From an uncultured archaeon (GTDB lineage Archaea; Asgardarchaeota; Lokiarchaeia; Sigyniarchaeales; SOKP01), in NCBI GenBank assembly GCA_964508365.1, contig CAZDTP010000013.1, positions 1,669-65,668 on the forward strand: a stretch of 64,000 bases of DNA, written 5' to 3'. The translations under genes were made by a program, and so were the position numbers. Positions 27,888-38,734 of this stretch are shown here, one piece after another. The first letter of the stretch is position 1. The number at the start of each line of letters is the position of its first letter. Below the pieces are notes generated by a model. That model ran no database searches. It was not told the origin of the DNA and saw only the letters and a list, made by a program, of their open reading frames with translations.

Positions 27888-30698
27888 ATGGTAATACGTA
27901 TTAAAATGAAAGCTAATCACATAATTATCGTTCCTGAAACGCATTGGGACAGAGAGTGGTATCTTCCTTTCCAGGAATATCGCGCAAGACTTGTTATTTT
28001 GTTAGACAAGCTTTTAGAAATTTTAAGAAGCAATTCAGAATATAAAAATTTTACATTCGATGGTCAAACTATCCCATTAGAAGATTATCTTGAGGTTCGT
28101 CCAGATTGTGAAGATGAGATAAAAAGATATGTTAAAGAGAAAAGACTATCCATCGGCCCAATGTATATTTTACCCGACGAATTTTTGGTTTCTGGAGAAT
28201 CCTTAATAAGAAATTTGCTTATTGGACACCAAATTGCTAGAAAATTTGGTAGAGTTATGAAAGCAGGATATATTCCCGATCCATTTGGGCATATTGCTCA
28301 ACTACCACAAATACTTAAAGGGTTCGAAATTCCTTCCGTTTTGTTTTGGCGAGGATTTGGAAATGAATTTGAAGACCAAAATTTGAATATCGAATTTTTA
28401 TGGAATTCCCCCGGTAATTCTAGTACAATAATAGCTATATTTTTGATGTTAAGTTATGGATCTGTAGCAGATTTGAATTTAAAATCAAAATCAGGTAAAT
28501 TTAGTTCAGCACTTCATAAAATTAAAAGGGTAATAACAAGATTTGAAGAATTTACTGCAACTCCCTATGTATTATTAAATAGTGGTTCAGATCATCACGA
28601 AGCAAGACCTGAGATTCCAGCATTAGTAAAGCAGTGGAACGATTTATATCCTGATAAGGTTTTAGAACAAAATGATTTCGAATACTATGTAGACAAGGTT
28701 TTAAACTATAATCCAGAATTAAAATCATTTCAAGGAGAATTGAGGGGTGGAAAGTATGCTCATTTACTTTCTGGAGTTTTTTCAGCTCGCATGTGGATTA
28801 AACAGAGAAATACAGCTATCGAGTATTTGTATGAAAAATACACAGAGCCACTATCTGCTATTACATGGGCACTCGATAAATATAAAAAATTTCACTATCC
28901 TAAGGATTATATTCTAACGGGTTTAAAATGGCTCATTAAAAATCACCCACATGACTCTATTTGTGGCTGTTCAATTGATCAGGTACACGATGAAATGGAA
29001 ACAAGATTTGATTGGGCCGAACAAATCGGAAATGAAGTTTTTAAAAACACGATGATTTATTTGTACGACTTAATCTCAATTGAAAATGAGAAAAATAAGA
29101 TACCTATAATTATTTTTAACCCACTTCCTTGGAAAAGGAAAGATTTAGCCCATTTCAACATTATTTCTAATACCAACAAAACTGGTTTCAAATCCCCAGA
29201 AAATTTTAAAATTACTGATTCGAATGGTACAAATGTTCCGTATCAGTTTGTTCAATGCGAAGAAGAACCTAGATATAGAGTGGTATATTCAATCAGCTTT
29301 TATTGCTCATTCTTAGCCGAAGTGCCTGCTTGTGGGTATAAAGTATATTATATTATTCCAGGAGAGAAACCCGATAAAGTCGATCTTAATGAAAATAAAT
29401 TAAAGCTAAACATAAACAGTATTGAAAATCAATTTTACCTTATTAATGTTAATTTTAAAGGTCAAATTAATGTTTTAGATAAAAATTCGGGTAGATTATA
29501 TGAAAATATCTGTTTCTTCGAAGACGAAGGAGATTGGGGGGATGAATACGATTTTTCAGGACCACTTGAAAATCAAACGGATCTTAAATTCACATCTGAA
29601 GATTTGAATATTATGGAAATTTTGCCATTGATTGATGGTTTAACTCAAAAAACGCTTAAGATTAGAGCAAATCTTAATTTACCTGCGTCTTTATCGGAGG
29701 ATAGGTATGTGAGAGACGAATATCTGGTTTCCAATTTAATTGATATTTACATCACACTTTATAATGATATTAAGCGAATAGATTTTAAAATTGTTTTAGA
29801 AAATGCGAGTAGAGATCACAGAATTCGCGTGCTCTTTCCTTCAAAAATTAAATCTAAAAGAGTATATAGCGATGGACACTTTTATGTCAATCCTCGAAAT
29901 ATAGAACTACCTGAAGCTGAAAGTTGGGCTCAGAAACCATTGCCCACAAACCATCAGAAAGATTTCGTGTCAATTAGCGATGATTCAATAACTTTTTCGG
30001 TTTTAAACAAAGGATTACCAGAATACGAAGCTTTAATTAACGATGATAATACAATATCTTTAGCTATTACTTTACTTCGCAGTATTGAATGGTTATCTCG
30101 GCATGATTTTGCTTCGAGAAGAAATAACGCGGGCCCAGACTTAAACACACCAAAAGCTCAATGTATTGGCAAACATACATTCGAACTCTCTCTTGTTATT
30201 GAAGATGGTAAATCTGACTGGTTAACAAGCCAAACACATGTTAGAGGAAAAGAATTTAATAATCCCTTTTATGTTATCGCACCTGATATTGTGAGGACTT
30301 CAATAAGAGCGTCTGATAAAATTGTTTTAACACCATTTGGGATTATTTCATACTTTAATGAAGCAAAGCGGCAACAACTTCTCCCATTTTTGCCCTCAGA
30401 GTTAAGCTTTTTAGATGTAGAGAATAAAAATATTATCCTAAGTGCATTGAAAAAGACGGAACAAGGTGATGATTTGATCCTTAGATTTTATAATATATCT
30501 CCAAAAACGGAAGATACTATAGTATCTATCTGTAATTTCTTACAAATTCAACACATCGAAATAGTGAATTTTTTAGAGGAGAAACCTAAATCGGAAATAA
30601 AAGCAAATCTTGAATTTAAATCCGGTAACACGTTCACTCTCAAAATGGAGCCTCATGTCATTACAACTATTAAAGTACACACTCGTTTGACTCAATAA
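27888..30698 (+). CDS. Alpha-mannosidase, glycoside hydrolase family 38
   Basis: ETHWDREWY, FDGQ, PDPFGH, GSDH, HPHDSICGCS. Confidence 0.93.
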   Translation: MVIRIKMKANHIIIVPETHWDREWYLPFQEYRARLVILLDKLLEILRSNSEYKNFTFDGQTIPLEDYLEVRPDCEDEIKRYVKEKRLSIGPMYILPDEFLVSGESLIRNLLIGHQIARKFGRVMKAGYIPDPFGHIAQLPQILKGFEIPSVLFWRGFGNEFEDQNLNIEFLWNSPGNSSTIIAIFLMLSYGSVADLNLKSKSGKFSSALHKIKRVITRFEEFTATPYVLLNSGSDHHEARPEIPALVKQWNDLYPDKVLEQNDFEYYVDKVLNYNPELKSFQGELRGGKYAHLLSGVFSARMWIKQRNTAIEYLYEKYTEPLSAITWALDKYKKFHYPKDYILTGLKWLIKNHPHDSICGCSIDQVHDEMETRFDWAEQIGNEVFKNTMIYLYDLISIENEKNKIPIIIFNPLPWKRKDLAHFNIISNTNKTGFKSPENFKITDSNGTNVPYQFVQCEEEPRYRVVYSISFYCSFLAEVPACGYKVYYIIPGEKPDKVDLNENKLKLNINSIENQFYLINVNFKGQINVLDKNSGRLYENICFFEDEGDWGDEYDFSGPLENQTDLKFTSEDLNIMEILPLIDGLTQKTLKIRANLNLPASLSEDRYVRDEYLVSNLIDIYITLYNDIKRIDFKIVLENASRDHRIRVLFPSKIKSKRVYSDGHFYVNPRNIELPEAESWAQKPLPTNHQKDFVSISDDSITFSVLNKGLPEYEALINDDNTISLAITLLRSIEWLSRHDFASRRNNAGPDLNTPKAQCIGKHTFELSLVIEDGKSDWLTSQTHVRGKEFNNPFYVIAPDIVRTSIRASDKIVLTPFGIISYFNEAKRQQLLPFLPSELSFLDVENKNIILSALKKTEQGDDLILRFYNISPKTEDTIVSICNFLQIQHIEIVNFLEEKPKSEIKANLEFKSGNTFTLKMEPHVITTIKVHTRLTQ

Positions 30699-30731
30699 TC
30701 TTTGTGATAAGAAAGAAGAGAGAACTATAAA

Positions 30732-31322
30732 ATGTGGAAATCAAAACTTCTCGAATCTGTTAAGACCTTTACACATCCAGCATGGGGGATAATTCATTTT
30801 CAAAGAGTTTACGAATTAGCGATTAAATTAGCTGAAAAGCAAAATTTAGATGTAGATAGCGATTCGTTGTTTGCTGCTGCATATCTACATGATATTGGAG
30901 CTTTCGCACCATATCGTCAAAAAGGAAAAGATCACTCTGATGTTGCACTCGAAAACTGCTCAGAAATACTCTTATCTATCGGTTTTCCAAAAGATAAAAT
31001 CGATATCGTTAAAGACATTATTAAGTGTCATATGTTTTATGTTAAACCTTCTGATATTAAGGAGTCTATAATTTTTCATGATGCGGATACGCTTGATTTT
31101 ATGGGTACTATAGGTATTTCAAGAATACTTGCGATTGTAGGAATAGAAGATTGGACTCCTGACTTAAAAAGCGCGATTTTTCTTATTCAAAAGTTCCATG
31201 ATGAGTTACCCCTACAATTATATACAAAAGCAGCAAAAGAAATAGGTAATGAGCGGATGTTTGAAATGAGGGACTTCTTAGCTAAATTATCTCAGCAAAC
31301 AAATAATTTTGAATTGATATAA
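30732..31322 (+). CDS. HD-domain phosphohydrolase
   Basis: HFQRV, YLHDIG, KDH, HDADTLD. Confidence 0.9.
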   Translation: MWKSKLLESVKTFTHPAWGIIHFQRVYELAIKLAEKQNLDVDSDSLFAAAYLHDIGAFAPYRQKGKDHSDVALENCSEILLSIGFPKDKIDIVKDIIKCHMFYVKPSDIKESIIFHDADTLDFMGTIGISRILAIVGIEDWTPDLKSAIFLIQKFHDELPLQLYTKAAKEIGNERMFEMRDFLAKLSQQTNNFELI

Positions 31323-31473
31323 TAAATAGTCAATATTATTTTTATTTAGAAAAAATTAATTCTCGTAAACTAATTTTTCCAATTATATAATTAATACTAT
31401 TGGTTATGTGAAACGATTTTTATTCTAGGGCTCTTTAGTCACAAAAAATACAAAAAGAGATAATTATTAATTT

Positions 31474-32583
31474 ATGAAAGAATTTGACATCGTAGTTATA
31501 GGAGCTGGTCCTGGCGGTTCAATAGCAGCAAAAGTCGCAGCTGATAATGGATATTCAACTTGTTTTATAGAAAAAGAGAAACTCGAAAAAAGCGGACGGT
31601 ATAAAGCGTGTGGTGGAGCAATGGCATGGGAACTTATCGAAGAAATTGATTATCCTGAAGATAAGATTGGCCGCGTTATCGAATCTCTGGAACTTCATCA
31701 TGTTGATGGTGAAAATTTTTCAAAAAAAGGTAAAGGTGCAGTCGTGTGGAGAGATTTATTTGATAAATTCTTAACAGACTTAGCGACTGAGAGTGGAGCT
31801 ATATTAAAAGATAACGAGCAATTGATTAATATCAAAAAAAATAAAGCTGGTTATCAAATTTCAACTAGGAAAGAGGAATACAAAGCTAAATACGTAATTG
31901 CCGCTGATGGTGTTTCCTCTCCGACTCTAAAACTCTTAGGCTGGCCTTTTTTCAAGAGTCAAGATGTAGTTTTAACGATTACTAAAGAAATGAATTCAAC
32001 AAAACCTTATATTGATAAAATTCTTGGAAACGATACTGTTCACTTATTTTTTGGGATCAAGGACTTAATATCTGTAGGTTATGCTTGGTTGTTCCCAAAA
32101 ACAAACAAAATCACTGTTGGTTGGGGTAACCAAATTGACTTAGTAAAGAATTCAAGAAAAGAGTTTGAAAAGTTTTGGGCGCTTCCATTTGTAAAGGAAG
32201 CCTTGAAAAATTCCACAATGGAGATCTTTAAACCTCATCTAATTCCCGTAGGACTTAGACCGAAGCTTTATGAGGAGAAAGTATTTGCTGTGGGTGATGC
32301 AGGGGGTATGGTTGATCCTATAAGTGGAAAAGGAATCCCCTATGCTATGATGTCGGGTCAAATTGCTATTGAATCTATAAAAACTTGCGAGAAAAAAGAC
32401 AGAATCGATAAATTAGAAACCACATACGAAAATTCTTTAGATCGGAAATTCCTTAGGATACTGAAAGCAAAGAGAATAGTTAGAGACAAGATATTCAAAG
32501 ATGATGATAGTCTAAAAAAATTTTTAAGATTGTGGGAAAAGCATCGTGCTTCCGAAATAGTTATGAAAAATTTATTGGATTAG
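31474..32583 (+). CDS. Geranylgeranyl reductase family flavoprotein (DGGGPL reductase-like)
   Basis: GAGPGG, KACGG, IAADG, GYAWLFP, VGDAGGMVDPISGKGI. Confidence 0.88.
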   Translation: MKEFDIVVIGAGPGGSIAAKVAADNGYSTCFIEKEKLEKSGRYKACGGAMAWELIEEIDYPEDKIGRVIESLELHHVDGENFSKKGKGAVVWRDLFDKFLTDLATESGAILKDNEQLINIKKNKAGYQISTRKEEYKAKYVIAADGVSSPTLKLLGWPFFKSQDVVLTITKEMNSTKPYIDKILGNDTVHLFFGIKDLISVGYAWLFPKTNKITVGWGNQIDLVKNSRKEFEKFWALPFVKEALKNSTMEIFKPHLIPVGLRPKLYEEKVFAVGDAGGMVDPISGKGIPYAMMSGQIAIESIKTCEKKDRIDKLETTYENSLDRKFLRILKAKRIVRDKIFKDDDSLKKFLRLWEKHRASEIVMKNLLD

Positions 32584-32665
32584 GTGATAAAATATCAAAT
32601 TTATTCCATATTCAAAACTGTATAAACCAAAAATTAATGTCGCGATTGGTTCTATTTTTAACAGA

Positions 32666-33661
32666 ATGACTGACCAAATGGAAAATAAGTTTTTAATAGA
32701 TTATTATTCTGAAATGAAAGATTATTTTTTAGCAGGAGGCAAGAGAATCAGACCATTGCTGACTATTGCAGCATATAATGGGATTACAAATACAACGGAA
32801 GACGAAATAGTTCTTCCAAGTATAGGGATAGAATTTTTACATAATGCAACTTTAATTCATGACGACATCATAGACAAGGACAATTTTCGACGGGGCAAAC
32901 CTGCTTTTCACTATAAATTTGCGCAGTATCACTCGAAATATCAGTTTAAGAAAATGAATGCTGCAGATTTTGGAACCAGCATAGGTATCATTGGGGGAGA
33001 TACAGCGTTTATTGTGGGCTCACAGGCTTACTTCAACAACAATTTTGCGATGGATTTAAATCTTAATTCAATTCAATTTTACAGACAGGCCTTTACTGAG
33101 GTAATTCATGGTGTCTTAATTGAAATTGATATGGTAAATCAGAAAAATCTATCAATCGATGAGTATATCAATATGATTTCGCTTAAAACTGGAGCTCTTA
33201 TTGAAAAATCAATCCTAATTGGAGCAAGCTACGCAAAAATTGAGAAAGAATACACCCCTTATTTGTCAACATATGGTGTAAACTTAGGGATTATTTTTCA
33301 AATAATTGATGATATCTTAGGAACATTTGGGGACGAAAAGGTAACTGGAAAACCTATAGATGGAGATATTCGCGAAGGTAAACGCACTTGCTTGTTAATT
33401 GAAGCTATAAACAATTTAGGTGTAAAAAAGAAGGAGTACTTAGTCAACCTTATGTCGAAATCAGAGATGAGTGAAGAAGAAGTAGAAGAAGTAAGAGACA
33501 TATTTAAGGAAGCAGATGCAATTAATTCATGTAAAATGCTTGCTTCTAAATATTACGAAGAAGCAAAGGATGCACTTGAGAATTTGAAACCAGTTGTGAA
33601 CGAATCCGAAATAGAACTTTTTGGAAATTTACTAAAATTTGTATTAGAAAGAGAATTTTAA
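32666..33661 (+). CDS. Polyprenyl (geranylgeranyl) diphosphate synthase
   Basis: GGKRIRP, LIHDDIIDKDNFRRG, LKTG, FQIIDDILG. Confidence 0.93.
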   Translation: MTDQMENKFLIDYYSEMKDYFLAGGKRIRPLLTIAAYNGITNTTEDEIVLPSIGIEFLHNATLIHDDIIDKDNFRRGKPAFHYKFAQYHSKYQFKKMNAADFGTSIGIIGGDTAFIVGSQAYFNNNFAMDLNLNSIQFYRQAFTEVIHGVLIEIDMVNQKNLSIDEYINMISLKTGALIEKSILIGASYAKIEKEYTPYLSTYGVNLGIIFQIIDDILGTFGDEKVTGKPIDGDIREGKRTCLLIEAINNLGVKKKEYLVNLMSKSEMSEEEVEEVRDIFKEADAINSCKMLASKYYEEAKDALENLKPVVNESEIELFGNLLKFVLEREF

Positions 33662-33696
33662 ATACCATACATAGTCTTTATTTAAGGTGAAAATAT

Positions 33697-34248
33697 TTGG
33701 TACTTGTTGCAATTACTGGCGCTAGCGGTATTGAATTAGCAGTAATTTTACTCCAGCAATTGAAGAAAGCTGGATTAGAGACAGAACTAATTATCACAAA
33801 AGTAGCCGAAAAAATCATAAACATTGAAACGGATTATCAGGTAGATAATATAATTGAATTGTCTGATAAATATCATGATGTTGATGATTTAACAGCAGGT
33901 CCTGCTAGCGGTTCTTATAAAAATAACATTATGATAATAATCCCATGTTCTATGAAAACATTAGCAGCAATTGCTAACGGTTATACGGATAACTTGATTA
34001 CTAGAGCGGCAGATGTGATAATAAAAGAACAAAGGAAGCTAATCTTAGTTGTAAGAGAAAGTCCCTTCAGCGCAATTCACTTAGAAAATATGCTAAAGCT
34101 ATCCAGATTGGGTGTTGTTATTGCGCCACCAATACCATCTTATTATATAAAACCTAAAAGTATCAAAGAAGTTAACGAATATTTCGTTGGAAGAATACTT
34201 GATCACATCGGTGTTGATAGCGATATCAAGAGATGGGGAGATAAGTAG
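33697..34248 (+). CDS. ubiX: Flavin prenyltransferase UbiX
   Basis: ITGASG, ASGS, PCSMKTLAAIANG, RAADV, VRESP; AAGGTGA RBS before the TTG start. Confidence 0.93.
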   Translation: MVLVAITGASGIELAVILLQQLKKAGLETELIITKVAEKIINIETDYQVDNIIELSDKYHDVDDLTAGPASGSYKNNIMIIIPCSMKTLAAIANGYTDNLITRAADVIIKEQRKLILVVRESPFSAIHLENMLKLSRLGVVIAPPIPSYYIKPKSIKEVNEYFVGRILDHIGVDSDIKRWGDK

Positions 34249-34267
34249 ATAAGATAAAACTATATTG

Positions 34268-35362
34268 CTATTGATTTAACCAGAGGTATAAATCACCAAT
34301 AATAACACATTTCTCCCGTTTGTTTTTCAATTCACTCAAATTGTTCAAATTCATTAGCCATAAACTTGAGCGTAATTCATTTTTCAGCGTTCTTATTTCC
34401 CTTACGGTATTTGATATCGTATTGTTTTTCCTATCTTGCCATGAGGATTTTAAGAATTTATAAGCAAACCCACCAACATCGGCACCGAGTACAATCGATT
34501 TAGCAATATCAATTCCAGTTTTTAATCCACCGGTAGCAATAGTTAATTTTTGAGATACTTTTCGTACATTGACAATACTGACGGGTGTAGGAATCCCCCA
34601 TTCCCTAAATACATCTGCTGGGTTTCGGGAATATCTATCATTATCAAAATTATTACGCTTTGATTCTATCGCAGCAAAACTCGTACCACCAGTTCCTCCA
34701 ACATCAAATCCATCAAAACCTAACTCATCAAGCATTAAAGCAAGATCTTGATTAATACCGGTACCAACTTCTTTTGCGATAAGAGGAATCTTAGTTTTTT
34801 CTCTAATTTTCTTGAAATTTTGTCTAAAATTTCTATACGAAATATTGCCCTTATATTGAACAAGTTCGTGTAAAGCATTTAGGTGAATAGCCATCACATC
34901 AGCATTTACCATATCGATACAAGCAGTCAAATCTTCTTGGCTAAAATAAGTTGAGCTTACCTGACCTAAACCCAGATTTCCAATAACAGGAATAGTAGGA
35001 GCAAATTCACGTACGATTTTAAAAGAGTCTATAGTTGATGGATCTTCTAATCCAATTCGCTGACTTCCAACACTCATGATGATATTTTCTTCTTCTGCAG
35101 CTTTGGCTAGGATCTTATTGACCTCTTTTGAAACAGGATGTCCTCCAGTTATCGCCGAAATGCAAACAGGCGCGGAAATTTTCTTATTAAAGAAATTTAC
35201 TGTAAGATCAATCTCCTCGAGATCAATTTCAGGAATAGCGTGGTGAATTAGTTTGATATCGTCAAAATAGTTAATAGAATGTTGTACGTCGTATTCTATA
35301 GGAATTTTTAGATGTTCTTCCTTTCTATTGAATATTTCTTTAGTTTGTTCTGGTTTAGGCAT
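34268..35362 (-). CDS. fni: Type 2 isopentenyl-diphosphate delta-isomerase
   Basis: RKEEH, SAITGG, GSQR, IHLNALHE, AKEVGTG, GGTSFA, ATGG. Confidence 0.95.
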   Translation of the reverse strand: MPKPEQTKEIFNRKEEHLKIPIEYDVQHSINYFDDIKLIHHAIPEIDLEEIDLTVNFFNKKISAPVCISAITGGHPVSKEVNKILAKAAEEENIIMSVGSQRIGLEDPSTIDSFKIVREFAPTIPVIGNLGLGQVSSTYFSQEDLTACIDMVNADVMAIHLNALHELVQYKGNISYRNFRQNFKKIREKTKIPLIAKEVGTGINQDLALMLDELGFDGFDVGGTGGTSFAAIESKRNNFDNDRYSRNPADVFREWGIPTPVSIVNVRKVSQKLTIATGGLKTGIDIAKSIVLGADVGGFAYKFLKSSWQDRKNNTISNTVREIRTLKNELRSSLWLMNLNNLSELKNKREKCVIIGDLYLWLNQ

Positions 35363-35377
35363 ATTATCTTTTTCAAA

Positions 35378-36193
35378 TTATTCATTAATTAATATATTTG
35401 TACAATTTAAATTTTGATTCGTTAATGAGTTAAGGATATAACCTTCGATTAATCCATTTATTAATTGGACAGGAATTTTGGATTTACAGATAGTTTTGAT
35501 GAAATCAAGTTTACCTCTTATACCACCTGTAACATCTATCTTTTGACCGAGATCTGCTAAATCTAAACTATCTAATTCGTTGGAATAACATTCTGTTACT
35601 ATTTTAGAATTATCACTGTTATCCTTATCAATGACATATAATCCATCAGATTCCATAGCAAAAACAACTTTTGAGATATGATAATTTTGTAGATTTTGAC
35701 ATAACGCCAAAATTATTTGATCTCCAGAAATAATAGAGAAAGAACCTTGCTTATCAAGTATAATATCACCGTATAGAATCGGCGTTATGCCCAAGTCTAA
35801 AGTAGTTTCAATAACATCCAAAGATTTAGTTAAAAGGATTTCAGAATCTTTAATAAAGATACTAGAAGCTTGAATTGATAAAACAGGGTAATTTAATTCT
35901 AAAAAATGATTAATTAAATAGGTATTAAACTTATTCATAGATTGATGGGTTTGAGCAACCCCAAGAATTTGATTAGGAATAGAGCTATCAAGACCTTTAG
36001 AAATATTAAATTTTTTTGCTAAAGGATGACCAAATGAACCACCACCATGGATTAAAATAAGTCTTTCATTTGCTTCAATAATCTGGTGAATGGCACTTTT
36101 AATAACATCTTCTCTAATGGAAAATGGTTCGTTTTTGTCAGTGAGTAAACTTCCTCCTAATTTTAATAGAATTACTTCTTTATTACTATTCAA
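35378..36193 (-). CDS. ipk: Isopentenyl phosphate kinase
   Basis: LKLGGSLLTDK, IHGGGSFGH, SGD, DVTGG. Confidence 0.93.
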   Translation of the reverse strand: MNSNKEVILLKLGGSLLTDKNEPFSIREDVIKSAIHQIIEANERLILIHGGGSFGHPLAKKFNISKGLDSSIPNQILGVAQTHQSMNKFNTYLINHFLELNYPVLSIQASSIFIKDSEILLTKSLDVIETTLDLGITPILYGDIILDKQGSFSIISGDQIILALCQNLQNYHISKVVFAMESDGLYVIDKDNSDNSKIVTECYSNELDSLDLADLGQKIDVTGGIRGKLDFIKTICKSKIPVQLINGLIEGYILNSLTNQNLNCTNILINE

Positions 36194-36206
36194 ATCTACC
36201 TAACAC

Positions 36207-37142
36207 TCATCCAATCATTGTTTTCCAGGCGTTAAAACCTTCATTTTCCATAGCATTTGCAATATTATGCTGAACATCTTGGTTTTCGGCTAATGCAATA
36301 ACCAATCCACCGCGACCAGTTCCTGTCAACTTTGCGCCTAATGCTCCATTATTTAACGATATTTCCACTAATTTATCGTTTATTTCTCCCGAAACCGATA
36401 TTTCTTGGAGCAATTTATGATTTTGGTTCATTAATTTACCAATGCTAAGGGCATCACCCTCAAGCAACGCTTGTTTAGCATCTATTGCTAGTGAATGGTA
36501 ATCACTAAATATCTTCTCAAATCTAACTGGATTGGCTTCCTTAAGTTTACGAACATCAGCAACTACTTCTGCAGTGGAGGCTGTAATTGCGGTGTTTCCA
36601 ATTACTAACGGCATCTTTTTTCCCGAATTAACAATTTCCATTTTATTTTTTCCACCGTTTAGGTTTTTTTCGAACCATATTAGGCCCCCATAAGTAGACG
36701 CTGTATTATCAATTCCTGATGGGGTTCCGTGATATGCTTTTTCGCCTTCGTAGGCAGCTTCGTTAATCTTTTCGTCATCCAGCATCAGAGTAAAACTATC
36801 GTTTATTGCACGGGCTAGAGAAGTAGCTTGTGCAGCAGAAGCACCAACACCACTGGCGGCAATTAAATCTCCAGAAAAAGTTATTTCAAGTTTCTGGGAT
36901 CCAACATCTGTGTTCATGTGTTCAATAACATTCTTAATGGATTGCATTGCCTCGTCGTATTTTTTCTCTTTATAACCTGGAGTGGCAGGACGTTGATCGA
37001 TAACTTCCCAACCTATTCCATCAACCACTTTAATTTCAGCAGTTGTATAAGAACCTAATGCTGAGGCAATAGCAGGGAGTCCATAAACGACAAAATGTTC
37101 GCCGAATAATATCGTTTTGCCATATCCCTTTCCAGATCCCAT
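36207..37142 (-). CDS. mvk: Mevalonate kinase
   Basis: GKTILFGEHFVVYG, GVGASAA, HGTPSGIDN, KLTGTGRGG (GHMP kinase). Confidence 0.93.
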   Translation of the reverse strand: MGSGKGYGKTILFGEHFVVYGLPAIASALGSYTTAEIKVVDGIGWEVIDQRPATPGYKEKKYDEAMQSIKNVIEHMNTDVGSQKLEITFSGDLIAASGVGASAAQATSLARAINDSFTLMLDDEKINEAAYEGEKAYHGTPSGIDNTASTYGGLIWFEKNLNGGKNKMEIVNSGKKMPLVIGNTAITASTAEVVADVRKLKEANPVRFEKIFSDYHSLAIDAKQALLEGDALSIGKLMNQNHKLLQEISVSGEINDKLVEISLNNGALGAKLTGTGRGGLVIALAENQDVQHNIANAMENEGFNAWKTMIG

Positions 37143-37532
37143 TTATTTCATCTCCACGATACCTTCGTTACCATTAACAATTAAATATTGTCCAGTTTTA
37201 ATATCATCAATATTAATCTTATCCACGCATGGAATTTCACTGATTATACAACCGACTGCGATGATAGTATCGATTTCCTTATTTACAATTGCTACTGGAG
37301 CCGTATTATTTTTCTTCATTCGATACATCGTATAAGAACCTACTGTCGATCCTTTACCAGTAGGAAAAACTAATACTTTTCCAGTGATAATTTGACCCTC
37401 AAGTTCGTGACCCACTTCCACCACTCTTCCAGTTTCGGGATCTACTCCACCATAAAATGAAATTCCATCTTTTGTTACTATCGCTTCTCCTTCGGCGACT
37501 CCCTTATATACCTTTCTTCCTTTTAACTTCAT
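37143..37532 (-). CDS. Phosphomevalonate dehydratase small subunit (AcnX swiveling domain, DUF126)
   Basis: ISFYGGVDPETG, KVLVFPTGKGSTVGS. The ATG at 37532 overlaps the large-subunit TGA (ATGA coupling), so it is preferred over 37553. Confidence 0.9.
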   Translation of the reverse strand: MKLKGRKVYKGVAEGEAIVTKDGISFYGGVDPETGRVVEVGHELEGQIITGKVLVFPTGKGSTVGSYTMYRMKKNNTAPVAIVNKEIDTIIAVGCIISEIPCVDKINIDDIKTGQYLIVNGNEGIVEMK

Positions 37533-38722
37533 CTCGTCGCCTCCTCGATGCATTGTTCAATTGAGCCAATTTTTACTTTGAATTTGTTTTTTGCACGCCC
37601 GTAGTAACACGCTTTTGCTGAATCCACCATAATTCCTTTGAATCGTCCCTTAATGGGTGCGACTACGCAACAGGTATCAGCAGCAAATTTAGCCCCTGCA
37701 CCTTCAATAATTTTGGTGTAGCCTGCTTCATCTGCTATCTTTTTAGTTGGTCGAGCTGTGGTAATCCAGAATTCTTTTTTAACTTTCTTTCCCTCTAAGA
37801 GTTTTGCGAGATTAGCAATTTCGTGAATTGAAGCGTGCGGACAACCTATACTTACAAAATCGATTTCAATTCCATCGTCTATGAGTTCAGTACGAGCAAA
37901 TTCTATCTCATTTTGATTTATTTCAAACCTAACATCGCTTGGTTTTGGGTATTTAATATACTCAGGAGTAATGTCTTCCATGTGGAATAATGCTGTACCT
38001 CCATAAGTCGCAACTGAAGCACAAAATGATTTGAGTTCTTCAACTGTAGCTGAGGGAATTCCCGTGATATAAGGAATTTTTTTCCCTAATTCAACTAGTT
38101 TATCACCAATTATTTTTCCCAGCACTCCAAATTCATCCGTACCTTTGACAGGAGCATTCACCGAGACTAAAACTTGACCATGGCGATTTTTATCTAAATG
38201 ATAACCGTAGTTAGGCGTTCTTCCTGTTAAAGCGGCAGCCAATGCACTTGGTCCGCCTTCACGATTCGTTCGAGCACCTATAACCGAATTAGAATAACAA
38301 ACAGCACTACTTTCAGCCCAAGCTATATGCTGTCCGTAATGAGGGGTGTTCCCTATAAGATATGGAGTGCAAGAACATGTGGTTATGATTCCCATTTTAG
38401 CAAAAGCATCGATAGCTCGATTTTGATTGATTGCAAACTCTTCGTCTATTCCCAATACCTGCCAGTTTTCGCGATCCATTCCTGCCGGATTTAAAGTCGT
38501 TAAAACTTTTACTTTCCCATCTTCAGCCATTTCACTAAGAAATTCTAAACCAGCTTCTCCTAAATTAGCATACGATACGCCTGCTATTTGAACACCATGA
38601 ACTTCAATCATATTTTCCGCTTCAAATATTTCACCTAGAGTGGTTAAAATCTCCATTGATTTTTGCGTAGCTTTACCGTATTTCCCTTCAAGCATATCTT
38701 TTTCTTCTTGATTTAGCTTCAT
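37529..38722 (-). CDS. Phosphomevalonate dehydratase large subunit (AcnX, DUF521)
   Basis: QIAGVSY, CSCTPY, WAESSA, RTNREGG, IGCPH, DTCCVVAP. Confidence 0.92.
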   Translation of the reverse strand: MKLNQEEKDMLEGKYGKATQKSMEILTTLGEIFEAENMIEVHGVQIAGVSYANLGEAGLEFLSEMAEDGKVKVLTTLNPAGMDRENWQVLGIDEEFAINQNRAIDAFAKMGIITTCSCTPYLIGNTPHYGQHIAWAESSAVCYSNSVIGARTNREGGPSALAAALTGRTPNYGYHLDKNRHGQVLVSVNAPVKGTDEFGVLGKIIGDKLVELGKKIPYITGIPSATVEELKSFCASVATYGGTALFHMEDITPEYIKYPKPSDVRFEINQNEIEFARTELIDDGIEIDFVSIGCPHASIHEIANLAKLLEGKKVKKEFWITTARPTKKIADEAGYTKIIEGAGAKFAADTCCVVAPIKGRFKGIMVDSAKACYYGRAKNKFKVKIGSIEQCIEEATR

Positions 38723-38734
38723 GTTTTTTAACTC

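Noticed and set aside
33688-33699. Possible frameshift giving a GTG AAA ATA start for ubiX
   Set aside because: The GTG is part of the AAGGTGA RBS, which is correctly spaced for the TTG start at 33697
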